Below, in pieces: positions 27,622-37,150 of a stretch of 64,000 nucleotides of DNA. Under the pieces are notes generated by a model. The model was given only the letters and a program-made list of their open reading frames with translations. It did no database searches and had not been told where the DNA came from. Origin of the DNA: a virus (taxonomy: Duplodnaviria > Caudoviricetes); IMG/VR virus record IMGVR_UViG_3300031867_000013, positions 53,887-117,886 of that record; one strand, given 5' to 3'. The stretch's first letter is position 1, and every line of letters starts with the position of its first letter. Position numbers and translations under genes: made by a program.

Positions 27622-27896
27622 TCAAACTCACCCACTAATTTAAACTGCTCATAAACCGCATCTGATGAAATATGTGAAGTATTTTCAATAATTTTTGATA
27701 TAAGAGCAACATATAAATTGTGTTTTATATTTATAAATTCATTAGTATTGTCTCCATCATCAAAATCTTTTAATATATCCTCTATCTCATAGTTATCAAG
27801 TGTTCCCAATGCTTTAATAATTAACCAATATTCTTTTGCATCAATGGTTAATTTAAATGTTGTTTTACTTTTTTGTGTCTCAATTTTCATTTTCAA
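27618..27896 (-). CDS. hypothetical protein (divergent member of the paralog family)
   Basis: GGAGG RBS. Confidence 0.55.
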   Translation of the reverse strand: MKMKIETQKSKTTFKLTIDAKEYWLIIKALGTLDNYEIEDILKDFDDGDNTNEFINIKHNLYVALISKIIENTSHISSDAVYEQFKLVGEFE

Positions 27897-28293
27897 TTTC
27901 CTCCATACAATAACCGTCTTGTGTAGTATAATATATAGTTTTTATACCTTGTAATTTTATTTCTTTCATACATGCCTCACAAGGTCTACAATTTTGTATA
28001 CCATCTTTATTACTTCTGTATACATATATAGATGCTCCATGTAAAGGTTGCCAATGACAATTTATAATTGCACTCATTTCTGCATGAAGATAATGATTAC
28101 ACTTATCATGTGTATCTTCAAATCTATATTTATTAAGTTCTTTTTGTCTGGGGTGTGATTTCTTATGATTATAACCTACTGCCATAATATCTTTCTTTTT
28201 TACTATAACAGCCCCTATTTTTATACGGTCATAATCAGACAATTCACTTGCGGCTTTAGCAAGCATAAAATATTTTTTATCTCTCTTAAACAT
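27880..28293 (-). CDS. cytidine/dCMP deaminase-family zinc enzyme
   Basis: IGAVIV...GYN...LHAE..AI...RPCEAC. Confidence 0.8.
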   Translation of the reverse strand: MFKRDKKYFMLAKAASELSDYDRIKIGAVIVKKKDIMAVGYNHKKSHPRQKELNKYRFEDTHDKCNHYLHAEMSAIINCHWQPLHGASIYVYRSNKDGIQNCRPCEACMKEIKLQGIKTIYYTTQDGYCMEEIENEN

Positions 28294-28394
28294 ATATACT
28301 CCTTAAATATTATATACTTCTAATATTTTCTTTATAGTAAATCCAATTACTAATGCAATAAATAAGGCTATTATAAACATTCCAATAATGTATT

Positions 28395-28724
28395 TCATGT
28401 ATTATGCTCTCTATAATATTCCACTAATTGTTTTGCTTTCTTTATAAGATTGGGTGTAGCCTTATGTGCTATTATAAATCCTGTACTGCCATCAAAATCA
28501 GCAAATATATCATAATGTTTTATTGATTTTGCTTCATTAGGATACTTAGCTTTTAAGTCTACTAACTCTTTTGCCCATTTATCCCACATAGTATCAGAAA
28601 TAATAGAAGTACCCATCTTGTAGTATATAAAACTATGAACCCATATTTGCAACCATCTTCTTTTAATCAAACATACAATATCTTCGTTTAATTTTATAGG
28701 TTCATTAATATCAAACAATGCCAT
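28395..28724 (-). CDS. stand-alone NAD+-dependent DNA ligase domain Ia-like protein
   Basis: HSFIYY...SIISDTMWD...ELVDL...YP resembles LigA YY..D.P.ISD.EYD. Confidence 0.6.
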   Translation of the reverse strand: MALFDINEPIKLNEDIVCLIKRRWLQIWVHSFIYYKMGTSIISDTMWDKWAKELVDLKAKYPNEAKSIKHYDIFADFDGSTGFIIAHKATPNLIKKAKQLVEYYREHNT

Positions 28725-28893
28725 AATGTTAATCCTCTAATTCATGCGGCAAAAGAAGTATCAATATATTAAAAGCAGGAACAAATACTTCTATATAACC
28801 ATCTTCTCTGTGTGTATTTACTATAGTACACTCGAATCCGTTAAATGATTTATATTCGTCCCTGTCTGTATTTATCATCATTTTATTTTCCAT

Positions 28894-29169
28894 TTAGATA
28901 CCCCCATATTTATATTCATCGGGTAATATATCTTCGAGAGGATTAATTACCTTCCCCTTTCTTAGTAGTTCTAACCAATATGCATATTGATTAGACTTTC
29001 TCATATCTTCTTCATACTTACCCTTATATTTTGCTCTCATTCTATATTTAATAATATTTCCCATTAAGAATCCTTCAAACTGTTCATGTGTCATAATTGC
29101 TTCCATCACTTGAACAGCTTGCATAGCACCTTCCATATAATGTGTTGCGTCTTTAGATGTTCCACTCAT
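28894..29169 (-). CDS. DUF3310 protein
   Basis: HY...GFLMGNIIKYRMR...K...EDMRK. Confidence 0.8.
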   Translation of the reverse strand: MSGTSKDATHYMEGAMQAVQVMEAIMTHEQFEGFLMGNIIKYRMRAKYKGKYEEDMRKSNQYAYWLELLRKGKVINPLEDILPDEYKYGGI

Positions 29170-29184
29170 ATTTTATGTCCCCCA

Positions 29185-29643
29185 TTAATCTTCATCTTCT
29201 ATTTCATCATTTCCAATATAATCACTAAATAAATCTTTAGGCTTTATTCCTTTTGGAATACGTGCATCTATTATTTTATAAATATCTTCTACACGGTCTG
29301 CAATTTCTTTAAGTTCATTAGGAACTCTGATTTTATATCTTACTACACCTTTTAATGCTTGTTCTAATGTTCCATACCATAGAAAAGGTTTATCGGGATA
29401 ATATTCACCTGTTGTACTTTTCTTTGAATAATTTTTTTGTACAACCATCCAAGACCTACTATCATGTGTAATATAAATATCATCTGTAAGTTTAAGAGCA
29501 TATTTAGGCATAGGTTTATTTCCTCTTTTTGCCCTTGAAGAAAGTCCATTAGATTCATATACAATCTTTTGTGCTTTTCTTGTATCTTTAATTTCTTTCA
29601 TCTTTGGCATACTTGCAGATTTAGGTTTACGTCCTCTAGGCAT
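29185..29643 (-). CDS. hypothetical protein with basic N-terminus
   Basis: start at MPRGRKPK after GGAGG. Confidence 0.6.
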   Translation of the reverse strand: MPRGRKPKSASMPKMKEIKDTRKAQKIVYESNGLSSRAKRGNKPMPKYALKLTDDIYITHDSRSWMVVQKNYSKKSTTGEYYPDKPFLWYGTLEQALKGVVRYKIRVPNELKEIADRVEDIYKIIDARIPKGIKPKDLFSDYIGNDEIEDED

Positions 29644-29644
29644 A

Positions 29645-30115
29645 TTAAATTTCCTCCACTTCATATTGTAATTTAGCATTAGCAATTTGCAATGCCATTT
29701 TTTGTGCCTGTTTTATATATTTATCTTTATTTTTAGGATTCATTACAATATGAGTAATATATTTAATATATTTATCATACAAATTACCTTTAGTAACAAA
29801 TTTAGTATTATCTTTTTCACAATAACCCTTTAAATCAATAGGACACCTATCACAATGATGTTCCCAATCATCACCACAAGAAGTTTTACAAGCATAACAA
29901 CAATTCATAGGAATATCATCATACAATATATGATTTTGTACAAAAAACTCCATCTTTTTATCATAAAGGCAGTCTCTTGTAATATCACATATGTCAAAAA
30001 ATGTAGTATAATCTTTACTATTTGTTACAGAATCAGCAACAAGTTCATTAATAGTTTTTTCTTGTGCCATATATTCCCACAAGGCTTTGTGATGTGTCCT
30101 ATCAAATTTTTGCAT
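29645..30115 (-). CDS. Cys-rich hypothetical protein
   Basis: CCYAC...C..CP...C. Confidence 0.55.
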   Translation of the reverse strand: MQKFDRTHHKALWEYMAQEKTINELVADSVTNSKDYTTFFDICDITRDCLYDKKMEFFVQNHILYDDIPMNCCYACKTSCGDDWEHHCDRCPIDLKGYCEKDNTKFVTKGNLYDKYIKYITHIVMNPKNKDKYIKQAQKMALQIANAKLQYEVEEI

Positions 30116-30506
30116 TTATTTCATCTCCAAACAAATTATGTAACACACGAACTTTATATGTTTTTTCTTTTTCTACACTTTCTTTTGCTTTCTTCATTTT
30201 ACCATAAAGATTATCAAGTTCATTGATAAGTTGTTTATGATTATCTGCAAAAGCAAATAGTTCATTTAATACTTGTTCAGCGTTCTTTGCTTTACGCCTT
30301 TCAATACTATATTCACGTATTGTCTTACATATTGCAGTACGTTCTTTCCTTGTTGTAGGATAATCAAGTTCTATCTTATGTCTGCAATCCCCTATTGCGC
30401 TATCTGCTTCGTGAATAATAGTATTAAGTGTATTTCGTAGTGTGTCCATTTCTCTCAATGACTTTCTAAAATCATCAAGAGACTTCAAATGTTTATTGTA
30501 ATCCAT
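30102..30506 (-). CDS. hypothetical coiled-coil protein
   Basis: AAAGGAG RBS; promoter at about 30531-30559. Confidence 0.6.
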   Translation of the reverse strand: MDYNKHLKSLDDFRKSLREMDTLRNTLNTIIHEADSAIGDCRHKIELDYPTTRKERTAICKTIREYSIERRKAKNAEQVLNELFAFADNHKQLINELDNLYGKMKKAKESVEKEKTYKVRVLHNLFGDEINAKI

Positions 30507-30684
30507 GTGCTACTCTCCTTTCACAAGGATATAATAGCACATAGACTACAAAAAGTCAAGTATTTTTTAATCTTTTTTATTTGTTCTTAATTTATATTTC
30601 AAATATTTTCTGTACCAATCATAAAATTCTTTAGTTTCTAATTCTTTTCGTTTCTTTTCTATAAGTTTATAGTTAGACATAATT

Positions 30685-31809
30685 TCAATCCTTTTCTACT
30701 GCTTCTTCTACTTGCTTTCTTAATTCCTCAGCAAAATCGGGATTTTCTTTCATAAACGCTATAAAATTCTTTTTACCTTGAAATTTAAGTGTAGTACCAT
30801 TATATTCTTTTGGCTCTCCATTAGCATCTAAAATAGAATACCAAGCACCGCCCTTATCAATTAGATTAAGTGCTACACCCATTTCAAATGCATCATTTAA
30901 CCCATCTACCCCGCAATCATATGTAATAGAAAATTTACATAAATGTCTATCTGGCTTAGTAGCTTTATTTTTAATTACTTCTACTTCCACTAAATTACCA
31001 TATGCTTCTTCGGGATGTGCATTTAATTCTTTATAATTACTATCATAATATTTACCCTTCTTTAGAACCATTCTAATAAATGCTGTATGCTTCCACATTT
31101 TTCCTCCAGGGCTTATAATACGATTAAAACCTGCCATATCATCACGTTGCTGATTTACACCAATAATAGATGTTTTATATTTGTTACATAATGGTAATAC
31201 TTTACTGCAAAATGTTGATAATGGGGCTGAAATTCCTGCATATGTTTTTTCTTCCATTGTCTTTTCCATAGCTTGTTGTGATACTAATGCAGGAATACTA
31301 TCAATTACTACTAATCCTACTCCATCAGAAGAAATAAGGTCTAATATAATTTGAAATAATTGTTCTGCTGTCTGATTTTCGGGAGCAATATAAAGTAAAT
31401 CATCTACATCTACACCATTTTTAGTAGCCCATTCTTCATCAGTAGAAAATTCACTATCAAGATATACTACTTTCTTTGCACCCCTATCTAATAGATATGC
31501 TAATCTTTCTTTTTCTTCTTTAGATGGTTTAGTTAATTCTTGTAATGCATTAACTTCTTCTTCATATTCTTTTTGTAATACTTTTTGTGCTGAACCACAA
31601 ATAGAATAACATAACGAACTCTTACCACTAGAAGGAAGTCCTAATAATTCTATGATTGTTCTTGGCATACCTCCGCGAAACAAAAAAGTTAAAGCAGGAG
31701 TTCTAAAAGGAAAAGTATCAAAACTACGTTTCTTTACTTCTACCTTACCGACTATATCAAATCCATATTTCTTATTTATATTTTTTACTATTTCATCTAA
31801 TTTAGCCAT
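30685..31809 (-). CDS. recA: RecA/UvsX-like recombinase
   Basis: GGMPR.IIELLGLPSSGKS, YLDSE, VVIDSIPAL, NQ.R, PGG, IKNK, GAWY, QGK. Confidence 0.9.
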   Translation of the reverse strand: MAKLDEIVKNINKKYGFDIVGKVEVKKRSFDTFPFRTPALTFLFRGGMPRTIIELLGLPSSGKSSLCYSICGSAQKVLQKEYEEEVNALQELTKPSKEEKERLAYLLDRGAKKVVYLDSEFSTDEEWATKNGVDVDDLLYIAPENQTAEQLFQIILDLISSDGVGLVVIDSIPALVSQQAMEKTMEEKTYAGISAPLSTFCSKVLPLCNKYKTSIIGVNQQRDDMAGFNRIISPGGKMWKHTAFIRMVLKKGKYYDSNYKELNAHPEEAYGNLVEVEVIKNKATKPDRHLCKFSITYDCGVDGLNDAFEMGVALNLIDKGGAWYSILDANGEPKEYNGTTLKFQGKKNFIAFMKENPDFAEELRKQVEEAVEKD

Positions 31810-32070
31810 ATATTATTCCCCCTGTGTTTCTTTTAACTTAAATTGCAATACAAATGTTTTAATATCTAATTCGACTGTATCTTCATAATCAATATCATAA
31901 TATACAACTCTATTATCTCTTAATGTATCTACAATTACTGTTCTATATCCATTTGTATATGTTGCACCAAGATATACTTTTGATTTTGTTAATACCCAAC
32001 TTAATACAAAAAATCCCATAATAAATCCGATTATAATTCCAATAATTATATCAATCATGTATGTTCCTCC

Positions 32071-32556
32071 TTAACAAAATTCACAACAACTTTGATATTC
32101 TACAGGACAATTCTTTAATTCTTCTTCCCAAAATTCTTTAGGAGTAAATTCTTCATCATATTCATTTACAATAAGTTTTGTTTCTTTTAATCGTCCTTTT
32201 ACCTCTTCTGCATATAGTTTCCTAATTATTTCTTTTTGTTTCATAAATGTCCATGTAAAGGAACATATTATAATTCCTTCTTTTCCACATATAGGACATT
32301 TATCATACCAATAATATTTTTGTGCTTTTTCATATTCATCTGAAAATAACTCATATGGATTATCATTATAATGTATTCTTGTTGTTCCATGAATACAAAA
32401 TGTAGTACCACAATCCATACAATATTTTCCTGCTCCACTTCTTTTACCAATATGATATAAAGGGTTCATATCTTTATCATTTATTTGTGTTTTTATAAGT
32501 TTTTCATATTGCTTTAATTCTTTTGGTAATTTCTTCCAATAAAAATTAGTTCCCAT
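32071..32556 (-). CDS. Cys-containing hypothetical protein (MGTNFY...HIGKRS family)
   Basis: GGGGAG RBS. Confidence 0.6.
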   Translation of the reverse strand: MGTNFYWKKLPKELKQYEKLIKTQINDKDMNPLYHIGKRSGAGKYCMDCGTTFCIHGTTRIHYNDNPYELFSDEYEKAQKYYWYDKCPICGKEGIIICSFTWTFMKQKEIIRKLYAEEVKGRLKETKLIVNEYDEEFTPKEFWEEELKNCPVEYQSCCEFC

Positions 32557-33077
32557 GTTTAACTCCCCTAGTTCTTAAAAATTCTTCTAATCTATATGTC
32601 CACGGCTCTCCTGTAATATAAAATTTACACCTTGAATTTTCTAAAAAAGGACAATCACATATTAAATCACCGAAAGGAAAATTACTATTTTTATAATGTT
32701 TCTTACACCATCTTTGAACATTTAATGCAGACTGTACTACTTCTTCTCTGTTTACAAGCATATTATGATTCCTTCTTTTCGTCTGTATATTCGATACTGC
32801 TTATTGTATCTGCCATAAGGAATTGAAAATCTCTTAGAAATTCATGCAATCCCATAATTACCATGCGTTCTTCTTTAATGTCATATAATGTAGCTTGTAT
32901 CTTATCATATTGTATAAGTTGCCATACGTATACACCGTTTGTATAGTAACCATATAATTTAAGTTTAGTGAAATGTTCTACCCACTTATTAGCATAATAC
33001 AGAAGAATCGAACTAATCATAATTATAGCTATAAATACTCCAATTACTTGACCTATGACAACTAAATATTCCATAGT

Positions 33078-33569
33078 TTAATTCCCCTTTACGCCGATTT
33101 CCAGCAATTTAATACGCATGGATAAGATTTTCTTTATTGCGTCAATCCACTTATCTACCGCCGCATATTTATTTTTCATAATCTTATATGCCCTGTCATA
33201 GATAACTTTAATTACTTCTTCTTCTTTAATTGCATTTAACGCTTGTGATTCTTTAGAAGCTACTGTTCCTGTAGCACCCATAAAAGCTAAATTATATTTT
33301 TCATCTCTTAGTGCGTCTGAAATATCTGCTCTGATTCCTAATAGTTCCTGTTTAGAACCAATAAAATACATATAAGAGCATAGCTTAATCATAATCTGAT
33401 TTAGGTCATGCTCTGTCAATCCATCTGTATCATCATCTAATACACACTTAATTTTATTTACATATTCATCTAATTCTTTTGTGTATGAATTTACTATATC
33501 ATTTACTATATTTTCTAATGTCTGACTATCTGCTTCTATTGTTGCTTTTGTTACTTCATTGACTACCAT
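33078..33569 (-). CDS. hypothetical helical protein (possible UvsY-like mediator)
   Basis: AAAGGAG RBS; lies in the recombination cluster. Confidence 0.45.
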   Translation of the reverse strand: MVVNEVTKATIEADSQTLENIVNDIVNSYTKELDEYVNKIKCVLDDDTDGLTEHDLNQIMIKLCSYMYFIGSKQELLGIRADISDALRDEKYNLAFMGATGTVASKESQALNAIKEEEVIKVIYDRAYKIMKNKYAAVDKWIDAIKKILSMRIKLLEIGVKGN

Positions 33570-33963
33570 ATGTATTACTCCTTTTCAAATACTCTCTTAA
33601 ACATACTTGGTGAGATAACTATTTGGTTTCCATTATTTATAATAGTAATAGAGCCATATTCATTTTCTTTTGCGTCCCACAATGTTCCTATATCAAAATA
33701 AAAAGTTTCTCCACCACGTTCAATATAAAAAGATTCTTTACATCTATACATATTATATCTCCCTAAAATGTATATTAAATTTATCTGCGGGTAATGATAC
33801 TAAAATTGGTTGAATTTTACCATCTTGGTCTAATTGTACTGTATCTTTATCTTTATGATTCATATACCATTTACTTAAATAATGTACTTCAATATCGGGA
33901 AATTCTTTTCCAAATTTTTCATGTGGATTAAATGGTAATTTACATTCATACATAATATATCCC

Positions 33964-34416
33964 TCACTTTATTTGTTTTAGTAATTTCTCAAAGTCATAT
34001 TTATAATACTTTGATTTCTTTTCCCCTTCTACTTCATAAATACCATCTCCTTGTTCATCAAATCTTATAGATTTCTTTCCGTCTTTACGCATTTTTTCTA
34101 ATGTTTTCATATCACACAATAAAGTTTTATCTTGCATATAAAACCATATAAGTACATAAGATTTTACTCCAATAGCTTTCTTAATGGCACTTAACATTCC
34201 ATGCCATTGTGAATCACTAATATTGCTAAAAGGAAATGATTTTAATTGACAGGTCTTACATTCTAAACAAATTAAATGAGGTTTCTTATATACTATAAAA
34301 TCACTTGGATAATCTCTTGCTCCTATAAAATCATACAGTCTAATAGGATATACATTCTTTATATTGAATAACTGGTCTTTAATTCTTTTCTCAAATTCTT
34401 TCGCTAAACTACTCAT
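33964..34416 (-). CDS. recU: RecU-like Holliday junction resolvase
   Basis: FE...PSDF...LECKT...SFPFSNISDSQ. Confidence 0.7.
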   Translation of the reverse strand: MSSLAKEFEKRIKDQLFNIKNVYPIRLYDFIGARDYPSDFIVYKKPHLICLECKTCQLKSFPFSNISDSQWHGMLSAIKKAIGVKSYVLIWFYMQDKTLLCDMKTLEKMRKDGKKSIRFDEQGDGIYEVEGEKKSKYYKYDFEKLLKQIK

Positions 34417-35228
34417 AATTGTACTTCACCTTCCCCATCTGTCCCGCACCTTTGAAAGTAGGAACAATAGTTGCAGAACTTATTCCCTGCTTCTATCGGT
34501 TTTGAAGGAATGATTTTATTTTTTACACACTTATTACCATATTCTAATTTCTTTATAAGTTCTTCTTTTTCTTTCTTTGTAGGCTCATATATAAATGCTT
34601 TTTTACTTAACATATCTCTTTCGCTGTAAAAGAATAATACTTTATCTAAATGTAACAATACACAATAACATATAGCTTGCTGTTTATGTTCTTCTAGTAC
34701 ATCTTTCATTGGATAAAACTTACCACTACCACAAGTCTTTATTTCAAATATCATGTATTCTTTCTTACCGCGCTTATTTGTATATGATACTATTCCATCA
34801 CACAAGAATCTTACATTATATTTTTTATTATATAATTTAGTTTCATATACTCCGTGTTCAAAGTCAGACGGTTCTATAATTTCTAGGTCAATTTTGTTGT
34901 CTTTTACGTATTGTCCTACATCTTCATATTTCCAACCAAAACCCATTTTCATTACATTTTCTTGTATAGATAAATGTGTATTTGTACCATTCTGACATAT
35001 TTCATATAATGTCTGTGATTGTTTTGTATTATCTTGTGGTATTCCTAAACATTGGTAAACACCGCTTCTTATACACTTTATTGAAGATGGCTTAAACGAT
35101 TTAGAGGGCGTATAATCGTCCTCTAAATGTTCAAGTGTATAAATATAATCAGACTTAAATTTCTCTGCTAGGTCTGTCTTATCGGCTTTACTATTCTGTA
35201 TTAGGTCAAATAGTGCTTTACGCCCCAA
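34413..35228 (-). CDS. Cas4-like PD-(D/E)XK exonuclease
   Basis: PSS..C.R...GT..H...CDG...EIKT...Q...Y...CNYCSY...C. Confidence 0.75.
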   Translation of the reverse strand: MGRKALFDLIQNSKADKTDLAEKFKSDYIYTLEHLEDDYTPSKSFKPSSIKCIRSGVYQCLGIPQDNTKQSQTLYEICQNGTNTHLSIQENVMKMGFGWKYEDVGQYVKDNKIDLEIIEPSDFEHGVYETKLYNKKYNVRFLCDGIVSYTNKRGKKEYMIFEIKTCGSGKFYPMKDVLEEHKQQAICYCVLLHLDKVLFFYSERDMLSKKAFIYEPTKKEKEELIKKLEYGNKCVKNKIIPSKPIEAGNKFCNYCSYFQRCGTDGEGEVQL

Positions 35229-35646
35229 TAGACTTACGTTCCTTTACAATAATAGTAATATCGCCATCTTCTGTTAATTCTTCTTCGGTCTTTTCGATTG
35301 ATTCCCTGCTATAATTCTTTTCCATAGCATGTTTTTCTACCCAAGCATATAAAAATGACGCAATTTCTTTACTTCCATGTACCTTGAATCCATTTGCACC
35401 ATCTACAAACTTAATATCATTAATTTCTACTTCTTTATCTAACATAGGCATATCTACACACATATTAGATTCTTCAAAGCTAATAGGAATAACAGTATAT
35501 GTCTTTTTAGATGCCCCTAGAATCTTCTTTTCATTTTCCATTTCTTCACGCAAACGAAGTTTAAGTGCTTCAATATCATCCCAAATATAACCATTATCTA
35601 GCCACATACGATTTCCATCTTCATTATAAACTCTAACCATAAACAT
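35218..35646 (-). CDS. hypothetical protein
   Basis: AAGGAG RBS. Confidence 0.55.
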   Translation of the reverse strand: MFMVRVYNEDGNRMWLDNGYIWDDIEALKLRLREEMENEKKILGASKKTYTVIPISFEESNMCVDMPMLDKEVEINDIKFVDGANGFKVHGSKEIASFLYAWVEKHAMEKNYSRESIEKTEEELTEDGDITIIVKERKSIGA

Positions 35647-35648
35647 AA

Positions 35649-36710
35649 TTATCGCTCCTTATTATCCATTGCACTAATAATATAATATTTCTCTGTGTCT
35701 TGTACTTTAATTGCAGTTTTCCCTAGATACAATGTTATTTGTGCGTCCATGCGTCGTAAAACATTTAATAGTTGCTCAATTTTAATTACAACATTTACAT
35801 CTCCTTTCTGTTTTACTTCGCCACTTATAACTTCTTCTATCGTTTTGTCCTTATTATATATTTTATTATCCTCAAAATATACACAAGGAACATTAAACGC
35901 ACTTTGAAATATATTTAATCTTTTAATAATATCTTCAAGTTCTTTCGTATTTATCTCTATAATTGTATTATACATATCTGCACTTAAAATAGGTGCAATC
36001 ATACTTGAAGGAAATTCTTTTGTCTGTTCCATATATATTTGCCCATCATATGTAATATCATCATTTTTATTGTCAAATCTTAATATGCTATTACTTACAC
36101 AATAAGACATAACTTCAAATGGCAACTTACATATTTGTGCTACCACATTATTATTAATTTCATTTAATGGTAAACTATAATTAGATACAGACATAACAAA
36201 GCTATCTGTTGCTATAGTTTTATTATCTATCGTACCATATTTACAGAGTTCAGAATGATTTGTGTCTTTACACAATGCGAACTCCTGCAATTTCTGTACT
36301 TTTTTTAAGTTTTCAAGTTGAAATAATTGTACTTCATTCGTAAAATGTATAAGCGGTAATGGTAAACATATTTCATTCCCCACTTCATCAAACTGTATAG
36401 GAATCTTATATTTACCATTTCCCTTGAATATAATATGGTCTTTATTTTTCTTTATTTCTATTTCTTCTTTTGTTGTGAGTTTTACAAGTTTATATAGGTC
36501 TTGTAAATTTACTACAAAATTATCTATTGGTTCTTCTACATTATGTATAGTACCTATAATCTTTGTAATATTATCTGTTGCTCCTATATGACATTCATTA
36601 TTGTCTGCATAGATTTCTACAAGATTGGTAATAGGTTTAATGTTTACATATTTAATCATGTTTGTAAGTGTTCCTAATACATCTTGTAATAGCTTTGTTT
36701 TTAACTTCAT
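35649..36710 (-). CDS. dnaN: DNA sliding clamp (beta/DnaN-like)
   Basis: about 353 aa; KPITN.V.I...IGATD and IATDS...YP-like motifs typical of DnaN. Confidence 0.65.
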   Translation of the reverse strand: MKLKTKLLQDVLGTLTNMIKYVNIKPITNLVEIYADNNECHIGATDNITKIIGTIHNVEEPIDNFVVNLQDLYKLVKLTTKEEIEIKKNKDHIIFKGNGKYKIPIQFDEVGNEICLPLPLIHFTNEVQLFQLENLKKVQKLQEFALCKDTNHSELCKYGTIDNKTIATDSFVMSVSNYSLPLNEINNNVVAQICKLPFEVMSYCVSNSILRFDNKNDDITYDGQIYMEQTKEFPSSMIAPILSADMYNTIIEINTKELEDIIKRLNIFQSAFNVPCVYFEDNKIYNKDKTIEEVISGEVKQKGDVNVVIKIEQLLNVLRRMDAQITLYLGKTAIKVQDTEKYYIISAMDNKER

Positions 36711-36919
36711 ATCTGTATTTCTCCCCGATTCCATGCTTCTACTGCTTTTCTAACACAACTATAAGATAAATTTTGCTCTAAATTACATTTAGGACAAAAA
36801 CAATTATAATTATACCCTTCACCAAACATATTTTTAATATAAATATTATTATTTCCACATTTAGGGCAAACAATTCTTCCATTTGCCGAAAATATTTCAT
36901 CTACATTAATCATAGACAT
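36707..36919 (-). CDS. Lar-family restriction-alleviation zinc ribbon
   Basis: CPKCG...CPKC...AVEAWNR. Confidence 0.6.
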   Translation of the reverse strand: MSMINVDEIFSANGRIVCPKCGNNNIYIKNMFGEGYNYNCFCPKCNLEQNLSYSCVRKAVEAWNRGEIQI

Positions 36920-37150
36920 TCCCCTATTTTATCCATTTGATAGTTATACCAACCTCTTAATTCATATAATTGTATTTTTGTATCATCACTAAAAACGGGT
37001 AAAATCCAATTTCCTCTCCTTGCTTCATTATCAAATATTTCTTTTCTTCTACGCTCATATTCCTCGTTGATAATTTTTACTTTTTTATTTACCATATAAA
37101 TTCCCCTTTGTATAATATAACACAATCTTTTTTGTATGTCAAGAAAAATT

